From Marsupella aquatica (taxonomy: Eukaryota > Plantae > Marchantiophyta), in contig OZ316891.1 in NCBI GenBank assembly GCA_973895155.1, forward strand, positions 26,839,972-26,903,971: a stretch of DNA of 64,000 nucleotides. The letters are read 5' to 3'. The notes under the pieces are model-generated. The model saw nothing but the letters and a program-made list of their open reading frames with translations. It was not told the DNA's origin and did not search any database. Below, piece after piece: positions 42,386 to 54,428 of the stretch. Every line of letters starts with the position of its first letter. The stretch's first letter is position 1. The position numbers and the translations under genes were made by a program.

Positions 42386-42469
42386 AGGGGGCCCATCAGG
42401 TAAAAAAAGTTCCCCAGGGGCCCATCAGGTAAGAAAGGTTCCGTAGAGGGCCCATCAAGCATATACCTC
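42386..42469 (-). repeat. Right TIR of MULE
   Basis: ...AGGGGGCCCATCAGGTAAAAAAAGTTCCCCAGGGGCCCATCAGGTAAGAAAGGTTCCGTAGAGGGCCCATCAAGCATATACCTC followed by the TSD. Confidence 0.93.
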
Positions 42470-44579
42470 GGTGCTGGTGTCAAGAAAGGATTCCCAATCA
42501 AAAACTATAATACATTCTTGTGCCCTTTTTTTGTGGTTGTCATTCAAATTTCATGGTTTTAGTGCCCAAAAAAGGAAAAAAGTTCGTCAAAAGAGAAGAA
42601 TAAAGCAAAAGTGTGAACTTAATTTAGCGTGAATGAAAGGGTAAGGAGAGTCATTAATGTCTTTCCAGGACCCCTAGCCCTGAATCATGGATCTTGGAAT
42701 GGATCATGGATAGAGGATCTTCCTCGATTCTTGAGCATTGTGTTGCTGTCATTATTATGGGTCTAATTATTATGGGTCTAGTTACGGGTCTAGTTAGAGA
42801 CTCTTGTAAATCTAAAAATTCTGTGAAAAATCCACTTCATCCCAAAAATTCTAAACCATTGGATCTGTATAATTGGACCATCTAGATTGATTTCATGTGC
42901 GAGCACTTGTGCAAACACTTGTGTGGAACAAAAGTGAAAATTGATTCTCAGTCATTGGATGTTTCTAATTGGAGCATCTAGATTTCTTGCATGTGGGAAT
43001 AGTTGTATCCATAATGGTGTGGAACAAAAATGAGAACTGGTATCAGATTCCATTCGAATGTCATACCAAAATAGATGCATGTCAATTTCTCATCATTCTT
43101 CTCAACCAAGCCATGCCAAAATGAATGAGTGTACATGTCCAATTAACTTACCCCCCATTCCATGCCTCCACATCTATTTTACATCAACTCATCATCAAAC
43201 ACTATAATACACTATCCACCCAAAAAGTATTGTAGTCTTTTACAAAATAATGAGGAAAATTTGAGAGTCAATCAGACCTGGTCTTTCATCAAAAATTGAA
43301 TTTTTTTGGTACCATCAGATCCACCTAGACACTCCTCCCACCTCAAATGTCTATCCAATGCCTGCCCACATCTGCCCAAAATGGAAATTAAATAAAATTT
43401 GGAAATATGAATATGTAAACTTTTATTAAAATATGTATACAGAGTAACTTAAAAAATAATATATTTAAAATACACTCCCCCATATTGTGCAACCATGCTT
43501 GGACACCCATCACATGTGCCCATGCACTAACCTTCACCCTCCCCAACAACAACACTTTCACAACAACAACCTTGGGGGACTCATGCCAAGGGGGGTCTCA
43601 CATCACATGGAAAGTTTTGGAGGAATAACACCTTAAAATATAAGTAAAAGTATTTATCACATTTTTGCAACCCTTACCTTTTAGTATAATCTTGGAATGT
43701 TCCCCATTCAGTTTTTTAATTTTAATTTTTTAAGGCAAAATCTATGAAACCCCATAGAAAAAGAACATGCAGTCACAACATTTGAACCCAAGATTTATCA
43801 GTCTTTACTCAAGTGAGCTATTACACAACCATGCTTCTCTGGGCCAAAAACCATTATTTTAACTCTTATAACTTTCAAAACTTGATTGAAACACCTCTAA
43901 TGCTCTTCCACAATAATTTATAGGTCTTTCACTAAACCCAATTAAACTGTGGACCCCCATGTTCATCCAAGGAATGTGTGTATGATGAAGTGAAATCAAT
44001 TTTCAGCAAGGCGGTAACCAATGGTTTTGAGTCTCCCGATGGTATTGGTGTGTGCTCGTACAAAAGAAAATGCTCAAAAGATAGAGGAGATATATCAAAC
44101 GGAAGGTTGAATGTGGAGGATTTGAGTTTTTTGACGGTTTTTGCTTACACATTGGAGAAATCGTGTTTCTACCATTCTTGATTGATCGTTTGTGAGTTAC
44201 ATTGAGCATTACGGCCACAAGACAGACTGGAGGACAATACTCAAAGTCTGTTAGCGAAAAAGCGCTTGTCGAGTTCAGTGGGAAGAACACACAAAACGAA
44301 TGAGCCATCACTTCACACGAAGGATTCGTAGTTTTTTATTTAAGAAAACTATGGTGTGAGGGGGAGACCAAAAATTGTTTCTTTGACATAGAGGTTGCAT
44401 TTGGCATCAACCTGTGTCCAGAGTGAGCTTCAGTTGAAGACTAGAGGGATGCAAACAATTCAAGCCAGGAAGCAAGCATTGTGGACAAGCGATAGTGACA
44501 TAATCAAAGAAATCAATTTGCAGGGGCTAAGTTTGTGATAGTGACGAGATTACAGTGATATCTCTTAATCGAGAAAGGG

Positions 44580-45056
44580 TTTCCAATGAGCCTTAGATTG
44601 ACAAATTTTGTCAAGCTCCAAATGAGTTTTTAAATTTCTTTGCCTTTCCAATGAGTGTGAGTATAAGAAATTTTGATCATGAGTTCATGAATTCTTTTAG
44701 TTTTCCAACATTGAGTTTGACATTGACAAATTTTATGTCAGATTTTGTCACGGTACTACAGAAGTCACAAGATTTTCAATGTCTTTAGCTTTCTAATGTG
44801 TGACATTGAGATTAATTGTCAAGAATTAGAGAGATCATGAGTATCTGAATTTCTCTAGCTTTCCAATGAAGCCTAACATTGATAGATTTTGTCAAGTACT
44901 AAAAAGATGCTGAGTTTTTATTTTACTCTAACTTTCCAATGAGTGTGACATTGAGAGATTTTATCAAGATAGTACTAAAGAGGTCACGAGTTTCTAAATC
45001 TTGATCTTGAGTTTTCCAATGATTCAAACATTGATTGATTTTATCAAGTACTAAGG
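44580..45056. repeat. Degenerate 60-85-bp tandem array (~7 units)
   Basis: Recurrent TTCCAATGA...ACATTGA..ATTTTGTCAAG at irregular ~70-bp spacing. Confidence 0.6.
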
Positions 45057-46857
45057 CGATTGATTATTTAGTTTTACAATGTAAAGCCAATTCAAAGGGG
45101 TTTTAACTATGTACATTTCTATCGATTGGTTTTTCAAACTTGCAAATAATTAAAAAAAATACAAGCATTTTGATATAAAACACTTATATCTCTTTGACAA
45201 ACATTAGAATGGTAACTTTATTTTACTAAATGACATTTCTTCCTTTGTATTTTGATTTTTTTTACGTTTAATATCTACGGTATGGCGCCCCAAAAATTAC
45301 ATTTCTTTTGCCACGAACAGGAATGTGCACGTTTGTTATTGTTAAAAGTAAGATCATTCTTGTTTGTGGCTGGTTGTGGTGATGTGGTACAACCTCGTGG
45401 CAGAGAATTTGCAAGAGACCTCTCATGGGGGTCCGTAATTAAAAAATCATATACTTATTTATGCATTATGGGCTAAAAGAAATAAGTGAGGACCTTGGGA
45501 CAACAACAATCACATTAATTTTGCAACACCAACAACCCAACCAAAATGAGTAGACTTTTGCACCCATGAAGTATAGCAAACTATCCCATGCTTTTTACTC
45601 TATCGCTCTATCATGGTCGTCTTCCCAAATTTGGCGTCTTACTTGCCAATGAAAGACAGTGAAGCATGGAAGGACAGACCCAACAAAACAGGGAAAATGG
45701 GAGGGGTGATGATCAAGGAGAAAGGGGGAGAAACATGGATGGGAAGACAAGGAGTAAAAAACTCAATCCATGGGAAAAGGAACAACCTCCTTTACACAAT
45801 GATAACTTTTATGCAAGAAATTCTTTTACATACTTACACCTTTTATTCCACAAAATCTTTAGTTTGCATAACAACATACTTTCTGCAATGATATATTTTT
45901 TTCTCTTTGGCACAATGACCTCTTTATAAAATATATCCTTAATATCATCTTTTATGCAACATCATCTTTTGGGTAACGATGTCTTTTACACAATAACATA
46001 TTTTGTATAACAACATCTCTCGTGTAAGGCTTAGATATTGAGCTACTTTTGCATAATGACCAATCACCCAAACCTTCAAATGTGTTTTTAGAGCCCTTAC
46101 TGGCTGATGGTAGGAATTATATAACATTATCAAAAAATAAACTGAGAAATAAACCTCAACTAAGACTTTCCCCTCAAGTGCTTTCAACACTTAATGGTTC
46201 ATCATTGGATCATTCCAAACTAGCCAGAGTTACTTTGCGGGTTACTTTAGTTCGTCAATAGTGAAAAAAAAGTCAAAATATCATGATTTAACACAAATAG
46301 TGACAAAGTATCCAATTCTATCCTTTTGGTGCCCCTCAACCCTACATTTGACCTAGGATGCGGTACACAACAAGGGCACACGAGAATCTGCAAATCAGGT
46401 TGGACTTATCTAGAGTATTTATAGTTAAATTACCTATTTGGACAGGCTATTTCTTGGACTTCTTGAGGCATGGGGGTATGAAAAATTTCAATTATGTGTT
46501 AGTTGGCTTGAAGTAACAACTTATTGGATGCCCTTGTGTGCAACTCTTTAGACCTTTTCTTATGAGGACTCTAACTAAGTGGCTTGCAGGAGTGTGATTC
46601 CCCGTCAACCAAGCAAAACTTGCTTGTGGACTGAAGCTCACTAAGCCAACTTCATCATTTAGATGATTTTTGTGCTGTCTAAATTCATTTCTATTGCAAT
46701 GGATACAAATAGCTGCAAGTTTATCAATTACAGAATAGACATGATGGTCTATTTTGGTGGAATCTTAGTACCAATGAAGGCCAAAGTTCAGAATTAAACA
46801 AATGCAAAGCCAGTCAATGATTAGCTTTCCACATAAGATACATATTGGGGCACAAAT

Positions 46858-47420
46858 GCATTCTAAGCTAATTTGACCTAGGAAAATTAGACCTGAGCTG
46901 ACCTCACCTACGCCAATCTGACCAGAGAAAACCTGGGCTAAGCCAAGTTGGCCTTTGCCAACCTAATCTATCTAAGCCATCTTCAAAATTTAGACCTGTC
47001 CAGCTTTGCGCATTTTTAATTTCATTTCTATTGGCTAAAACAGGTGTGAATTTATTGCCTGATAGTATAGACATAGCCATATACTCTGGTAAAAGATCAG
47101 TGCCACTAGAGCTTGAAGTTGAGAAATAAAAACGTACAAAGGTATATAAAATAGACTCAGAAATAGACAAAGCTAACCAGTGATCAGTTTGCCGCACTAT
47201 ACACAAATGTCTTCTATATAAGGCCGGTGACACCTAAGATGATTTCACCTATGCTGATTTACCTAAGTTGACCTTAAGTTAACCTGACCTAAGCAGATCT
47301 GACCTCAGCCAAAATTTATCTGGTTAGTTTGTCACAAAAGACATGATTAAATGCCTTCTAAGCTGATTTGACCTAGGCAGATCTGACCTGAGCCAAGCTC
47401 ATCTAACGTGATCTGACCTA
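46858..47420. repeat. Degenerate GACCT-periodic (5/15-nt) repeat with ~68-bp direct repeats at both ends
   Basis: TGCATTCTAAGCTAATTTGACCTAGG... (46858) vs TGCCTTCTAAGCTGATTTGACCTAGG... (47352); GACCT/GATCT periodicity. Confidence 0.55.
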
Positions 47421-48249
47421 GGAAGTCAGCCTTAAAAAAACATTTTCATTATGGGAGTGCTTGCACTCTTGTTTGTTTAGGTTTGATTGGTCCTCATCTT
47501 CTTTCCCCCCTTTATTCTTAAACAAAAGGATTTTAGGGGAAAAAAAAGAAAAACAATTCAATCAATCTAGGAATTAATGTGGCATGGAAGAATTAGTAAC
47601 AAAGTAAACCTAACAACTGTTTCTATGGTATGTGAAGGGTTGTGAGGTGAATGAATGTCTTTTTTCATATGGATGGATTGCTAGTTGTGCCGAGTAGTTG
47701 TGGTGATATACATGTATGAAGGAACCAGTGTACAACATATACAAGGTATGTTGACTTAGAGATGTTTGGTTCACCCAATTTAGGTTGTGTCCATGACCAA
47801 AATAAAAAAATCACTATATACTAACACCATACATTGGCCATAGCTTTGGCAAGTCACAAGCTGAGCTCCGTGACACAATACTCTTGAATTCTCTCTCCAC
47901 TCTCCAACTCTTGACCATTGATATCTAGTGTGAGCACAATGAAGTGTTCCTCCAAGGTATAGGCCCTCTCCACTAGTCTAACCCCAGCAACACTTAAAGA
48001 TGGTTAAGTTTTGCTCAGACAGTTAACTTATATAGCTACTTGCTAGAGTTAAGTATCAACAAGTTGTTAACCCTTTCTACTTTCAACAATGTTGTTATGG
48101 ATGGGGCACTTGTAAAAGAACCCTACACCCTAATTCTCCCCTGCCCCCCACCCCTTTCCCTCATCACATCAAACAACTTTACTAATTTTTTAGCACCAAA
48201 CAGATTTTGCCTTTAATTTGGTACGTAGAGTCCATTTCATAGAAAAGTG

Positions 48250-48930
48250 GTTGGAAAATTGAAGGTCAATAAAGTTATCCTTAATGTAAAGGGGCCAAAC
48301 TCAGGGCCAGAGTCCCTATTTGGTCTTTTAAGTGAGTTTCCTTAAACTCTCCTAAAGTTCCCTTGTAAGAAGTGAGTTAAGTAAATACGCAGGTGAGTTA
48401 AGAGATGGAGCGATGGAGGAACCAAAGCTGGGCTGCAGTGCTCAGCAGCTCGAAGCTATGGAGGCTGCAATGCTCAGCAGCTCGAAGCTATGGAGGGCTG
48501 GGCAATGTCGGGCCTGAGCAGCAGCGATGGAGGCACAATCAGGGGCACGATGCAGCGTGGAGCAATGGAGGCAAGGAAGCTAGACAGTGCTTGATCAGCA
48601 GCTTGAAGCTATGGAGGGCTTGAGCAATGTCGGGCCTGGGCAGGAAGGCACGATGCAACATTGGAGGCACGATGGGCCTGGGCAGGAAAGAGCAGAACGT
48701 CCTGGCACTAACTCGCGGCTGGCACTAACTCGCGGCTGACACTAACTCGCGGTGAGAAGGGCCCGACACTGTTGGAAGGACAAAAAACGGGATTCACCCT
48801 GTTTCTCGCCCTCGAGTACTTGAAGTTTCCAATTAGGTTAACTCACCCTTTAATTTACATACAAGTCACGACCAGTCGCCCTTAATCACGCACATTGCGG
48901 ATAACTTTAATGTTACTAACAAATCCCAAC
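48250..48930. mobile_element. Possible degenerate TIR element with internal short tandem repeats
   Basis: Left GTTGGAAAATTGAAGGTCAATAAAGTTATCCTTAATGT vs right reverse complement GTTGGGATTTGTTAGTAACATTAAAGTTATCCGCAATGT; internal (TGGCACTAACTCGCGGC)x3 and AGCTCGAAGCTATGGAGG repeats. Confidence 0.4.
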
Positions 48931-49007
48931 TAGACCCACATACTGGTTCCTTTTTTGTTTGTTTGTCACATTTGATTCCTTCTCGCTTGCACAATCATGC
49001 AACTCTT

Positions 49008-49371
49008 TTTCATTCACCCTAAATTAAGTTCACACTTTTGCTTATTCCTTCTCTTTTCACCAGATTTTTTCCTTTTGGGGGCACTGCAAGTTACCATAAA
49101 ATTTGAATGACAACCACAGAAAAAAAGGGCACAAGAATGTATTATAGTTTTTGATTGGGAATCCTTTCTTGACACTAGCACGACACACCTTTGGGACCCT
49201 TAAGGGCAAGCCAGGAAGGACACACAAAGCCATATCCAAGTGGGCTAGACTAAGTCTCAATTGGTGCCCTGATCTTGGGACACTTTGGAGCAATACTTGG
49301 CTACCGTTCAGGGTGGTAGCTTATTTGAAAATTGCTACGTGTGGCAACTTATGTACAGAATCCCCACCACT
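49008..49371 (-). repeat. Uninterrupted (empty-site) paralog of the repeat into which the MULE inserted
   Basis: Reverse complement aligns continuously with 27620-27813 joined to 42480-42640; carries a single target copy CGTGCTAGTG (plus 49173-49182). Confidence 0.9.
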
Positions 49372-50735
49372 CAACATTGGAAGATTCCCTATATATATAT
49401 AGCTACCCATGCACAACAAATCAACTTGGTGTTCTTGTTGCAATCTTCAACAAGAGGAATACATCTTACATGTATTGCATTTGAAGCTGCACAGCCTCTC
49501 ACTTATATGGAATTGGGCTTAGTACCCTGTCTGCTTGGCGTCACCCTCTGGTCTTGCTGGTCTCAGTCTTCAGCAAACACACATCTTCATGGCTGAACCT
49601 CTCTACCCGGGTCTCTACCTGGAGAAGAGAGATGTTCCTGTGGCACACCATGTGGGGCTATTGTGTGCTGGAATATTTGGAAAGATCGTAGTGTCGTATG
49701 CTATCAAAAGCAAATATCATCAAATATATGCTAAAAACTTGGTGTTCGTTCCCTTTGAAGAACAAGAATGAGATGAAAAGATATTTTTAAGTGTTTTGAG
49801 TGGTTTAAAGATGGTACTCAACATCTATAAGAAAAATAGAATCTTAAACAAAATACAGAAAATTAACAAATATGAACAAAAGTGACATTTGCTGAATAAT
49901 AGAATCTTAGAGATTTTAGAGGTATAGTTAAATAGCAATATTTAACTCTGTCACCATGTCTTAAGAAAGAGCTATGATATTATTTGAGACGTTGATAAGT
50001 CAAACATAACCTTGCTATAACTACTCTCTAGGTTTCTATCATAAATCTAAGTTTAAGAAATGTCTATGCTCACAAAACCCAAGATAAGTTTCGGATTGTG
50101 TGTATAGTAGTGTGTCATTAAAATGCCGGCAACATATTTCCTTTTTCAGCGATGCACAATTTTGAAGGAAAACTAATGCACATTCAGTATACCACAATGG
50201 TACTTCAAATCTATGAATTAAGAATGTCACTACTTCTTAACATATAGATTTTTCTTTCTTGATTACATGCAATACTTATCGATCTTCCAAAGATAAGTCC
50301 TTCATGTAAATACAGAACTTGACAATAAATGTTGTAGTTTGGATTAAGCACCGACCAACGGATCTTCTAATACATTCCACAAACTGTATTTTTATGGGTT
50401 TTACTTCTTATGATAATTGCAACATGCATTACCATATGAAGGAGGGGTAGACTCCTAGCACAAGAATCAAATTCCAAGGCATACAAATCTTCCTTGCAAA
50501 ATTGTATTACACGTACAAGGGACACAACTCCAAGATGAGAAGATGCAAATAACTATCCACATTGTCTCAAAAATGAGATTGGTATCACAATAAGTACATG
50601 AGATTGCCCACGGGCAAAGGAGAATGAAGAGACATACCTCTTCATTTCCTAAGTCTAAACTAAGTAAAATAAAAGTCAACTTTGACTAAGGGATAGTCAA
50701 ATCTAAGTAAAAGTCTACAAAATAAAGTACTAATC

Positions 50736-52271
50736 TCATACTGTAATAGGAGGAGGGTCGACTACAAGTAGAGGGAGGCGAGCTACATAACCAAGGGCTA
50801 TCTTCCCTTTGGTCTTTTGTCCCTTCAAATACTGTCGACAAAAAAGGTCCTCACGATAACGAATCAAATGAGGCTCACTGGTCTTCCGGATGGGATGTCC
50901 ATCCGGTCCGATCCAATCAAAGTAATCTGATGGCCATGGAATGTCTAGAGTTGGAAGAGAGAAAGGTGCAATGACCTTTCTACAATGATAAACCCAACTC
51001 CAAAGGTCAGGAGTCTCAATCGTGGGTAGTCTCAACTTGTCGATAGGTAGTCATAGACCCGGCCATGAGAAATCGGAACCATGTCGTAGGTGTGTGGAAA
51101 AGGAAAAGACTCACGACCAAACATAAGTGGAGGTAAAGGAGGTACAATAGGAGTGCGTGCGTCGATGAGTGACGTAATCATCCTATCAAACTGGGCGGGA
51201 AGACAAAAAGAGGCTCAATGTCGGCAACAGAAGAGACAATAGGATGCTGAGACATCAGAGGAGTAGGAGCTATAAATGGTACACTGGGAGGCTCTATAGT
51301 CTCAGGCTCAGGGTTGGTCTCGGGAATAGGCTCAGGATTGGATTCATTTCTTTCCCTGGTAGGAGAGGGAAATGAAATATCAAGGGGTGATCTAGGGTGG
51401 TATCCTCAATGGGGAAAAATGGATCTGGAGGGGGTACTAGTGAAGGAGGTAAAGGCTCAGGGGTAGGAGATGGAGGGTGATCAGGTGTAAATATAAGAGG
51501 GATAGGTGATTCGATAATAGGAGAAGGAATGGGATCAGGTAGAGGGGGTGTAAGTGTGGATGGAGGAGTGAGTGAAGGATCAGCAATACTTAAGTATCTC
51601 CGGCTCATCCACATCCATAGGGTGATCAGGCTGTGGTGAAGGTGCAAGGGGTGAAACATGAGGGGGTGGTGTGGTACGAGACTCGGAAAAAAAAGTACGA
51701 ATACAGTCAAGTAACCGCATAGGAGTACAACTCAAGAGTCTAGTGGCCCCGCTAGTGGCCTCATCTACCAAATGCTGGTTGAAACTAGCCACACTGCTAG
51801 TCGCTCAGCATCACCAGCAAAATCAGTCCATGATGTATAAGAAGTGGAAGCAACAAAAGAGGGAGAAGTTATCCCTGGTAAATCAGCCGGTACTGTCGTC
51901 TGCTCCACTAGAGGGGGTCTCGGAGATGTCGTAGGCAGTGGAGTCAACTCTCTTGCTAACTCTGGCTGAGGGAACTCAAAGTGTCTCACTCTCCTCCTCC
52001 AATCGCTCAGCTCCACTGGTAACAAGTAGCCTCTCAAAAAGTAAATGTGCGCCAAGTAGGGTGTCAGATATGTATCATTGGTAGTAGACAAGACAACCAC
52101 CTGCTTGGCGATCACCTCCAAAAGAGCTAGGGCCCAGTTGATCCTCCTCTTGCCGGTCCATGAAATGATGATAGAGTTGGTCAAGTAAACCATAGCCTTG
52201 GTGGGTTTGGTCGGATGAAAGATGGGTGTACAAAGAATTAGAGTAGATGAGCTAACTCTCGGTTCCTGCAC
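50736..52271 (-). pseudogene. Fragmented, probably TE-derived ORF with a Pro-rich linker
   Basis: Successive frameshifted minus ORFs (51765-52271 with INWALALLEVIAKQ...YLTPYLAHIY; Pro-rich 51294-51710; 50736-51035); no splice structure; family not identified. Confidence 0.35.
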
Positions 52272-53777
52272 TGATCAATCTTCCAACCAGACCTCCGGTC
52301 CCTGGTACCTCTAAAGTAGGGGACATTCAAGTCCTCCCCAACAAAAATCAGTCTCTCTCCCTCCTAGCTCAACTGGTACACCTCAGAAACAATGGCGGCG
52401 GTACAAACATCAGCTGAACCTCTAGTAGAACTCCGAAAAGCGCCAGCTCGGGGTGGACAAAGAAAATCGGCAATGATGGACCCATGTACCATATCCCAAG
52501 GAAGAAAAAGTAAGGAACTCAAGCCCATCTCTACCAGGTTAATTACTAAGGAGTCGAAAGTAAGCCTTAGGACCTGGGGGTAAAGTCACCCTAATGGCCT
52601 TACTGATTGGTAAGCTTTTGGGGGCCATAGCTCAAAAAATCTGAGAAAACTCAAGAGCTCTCCTCCTAAAAACGGCTAAGCATTGAGAATCAAGAATGAA
52701 ATCATAGGGATGTAAGGTAGCTGCGCTTGTGTGGGAGCAGAAATGAACTGAAAAGAGATAGAAATGAAGGAGTTTTGATCAGGCGAAGCTCTCGAATCTG
52801 TAATTTCTTCATTTTCAAGAAATCAGAGAGCATCAATGACTCAATACTCCTCAATGTCTCATCAATGGCAGTTCAGAATTGGGGTGAACGATCTCTAGGC
52901 AGTTGCGCTGCTATAGCAAGTGGAATGAGATCAAATGGAGGTCTAACGGATGAGCATCGAAGGTTGAAGCTCGAGCCCTACTGCCGGCCGCCATGGACGT
53001 CCTTGAAGAAAAATGAAGAAAAAGTGTTCGGGCCGGCGCGGACGTCACATTAGGTTGTGGCAGGGTGGACGTCCCTACGTAGAGGCCGTCCAAGACGTCC
53101 TCGAGTTTTCCATGCAGGCCGTCATGGGAGGCGTCGGCTGTCCTTGGGTGAAAAAGTTATAGTCACTAGCCTGAATGCTTGTTGAACTGTGCTCAGGTCC
53201 ACGGTTGCCTTCCCGGCCTGTTGCCTCACCCTAAAATTGCAAATATCTATTCCTCGAATCGTGTTATTATACCTTCAAGCAAATAGACCTGAATGTGTCT
53301 TTTCTCACTGGTATTGAGATGACCATGTTGCTATTGCAGCCAACATTCCCACCAAAAATCCCTCGAATTTACCTCCATTTGTTACATTGGGTGTTTGTAC
53401 ATTTGAACAAATGGACCTGGACGTGTATTTTATTATTGTCATCAATGAGGATAGTGGGCTAGTTTGGCAACCACTTTTCTTGCTAAAACTAGAAGTGGAC
53501 AGTTCGGATGTGGAAGCTGACCTCTACATATGCATCATTGCCAAATGTATTCTCCATCTGGTTCATTGGAGACCTTCTCTAGATTGCTAGAGATACACCC
53601 ATTGCCAAAATTTCTCTCCATCTGATTCATTTGAGACCTCTTTAGAAATAGGAGTGGTTGCCTTTCTGTCAATCCGGCTCATTTGGAGGTTTAGTGGGTA
53701 AAAAGGGGCCCAACCTTTCTCTCATCTACTCCTTCATTTGGAGGTTTGGTGGGTAGAAAGGAGCACATCTAACCAAC

Positions 53778-53840
53778 TGGCACTGGTCAGTTGCCCAGGG
53801 GATGAGCCTAGAACCGAGAGGTCCCAGGTTCAATCCCCCC
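53778..53840 (+). mobile_element. tRNA-derived (SINE head-like) sequence
   Basis: B-box GGTTCAATCCC (53827-53837) preceded by tRNA-like ...TAGAACCGAGAGGTCCCA and a weak A-box TGGTCAGTTG; does not fold into a complete cloverleaf by eye; followed by an ~90-bp duplication (53930-54014 / 54060-54144). Confidence 0.4.
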
Positions 53841-54428
53841 TCCACATGCAAGGGTTGTGGAGGGTGAGTGTAAGTGTGGATGGAGTGTAGTGGTGGGAGT
53901 CCTGGTTTCTCTTCAACCCCTGGCTTATTCGCTTTGGGGCTCTGGTCCAACCCTCTCTCCCTCCTGGTAGTGGGTATGACCCCCTTGTGGGCTACCCTAT
54001 AGAGGTGCATGCTCAGGAGTTTATGGTCTATCTTCTGTTGGATGGGTCAGCGGCAGGTTTGCTTTGGGGCTCTGGTCCAACACTCTTTCCCTCCTGGTGC
54101 TGGGTATGACCCTCTTGTGAGCTACCCTATAGAGGTGCATGCTCCCGAGTTCATCTTTTATCCTCTGTTGGATGCTTTCTGTGTTCTGTATTAAGGCAAA
54201 AAAAAAGGAGCACATATTCAGCTTTCTGTATTAAGGCAGAAAACAAGGAACACATGTTTTCTCGCATCTGGTCTTTCATTCCGAGGTTTAGTGGGTAAAA
54301 CGAAGCACCTGTGGAGATGCTGTAAATGGATCGAGTCGTAAGGTCATTTGACCACAAAAGACGTTTAAACAAGGTGCACCTGAGATTAGGATTGATCTGA
54401 TTTGAACGCAATTGCAGCTACTGTCGTT

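Larger units (their letters stand above)
27814..42469 (+). mobile_element. Mutator-like DNA transposon (MULE), 14,656 bp, with TIRs, 10-bp TSD, transposase and accessory genes
   Basis: TIRs 27814-27896 and 42386-42469 (first 54 bp have 1 mismatch); TSD GGTGCTGGTG at 27804-27813 and 42470-42479; the flanks join to match the uninterrupted paralog at 49008-49371; internal MuDR-type transposase. Confidence 0.95.

Noticed and set aside
43960-44560. Possible solo LTR or LTR-element end
   Set aside because: No TG...CA boundaries with a TSD and no canonical PBS could be established.
53778-53850. Functional tRNA gene
   Set aside because: B-box present but no convincing acceptor stem or D-arm; kept only as a low-confidence SINE-like head.
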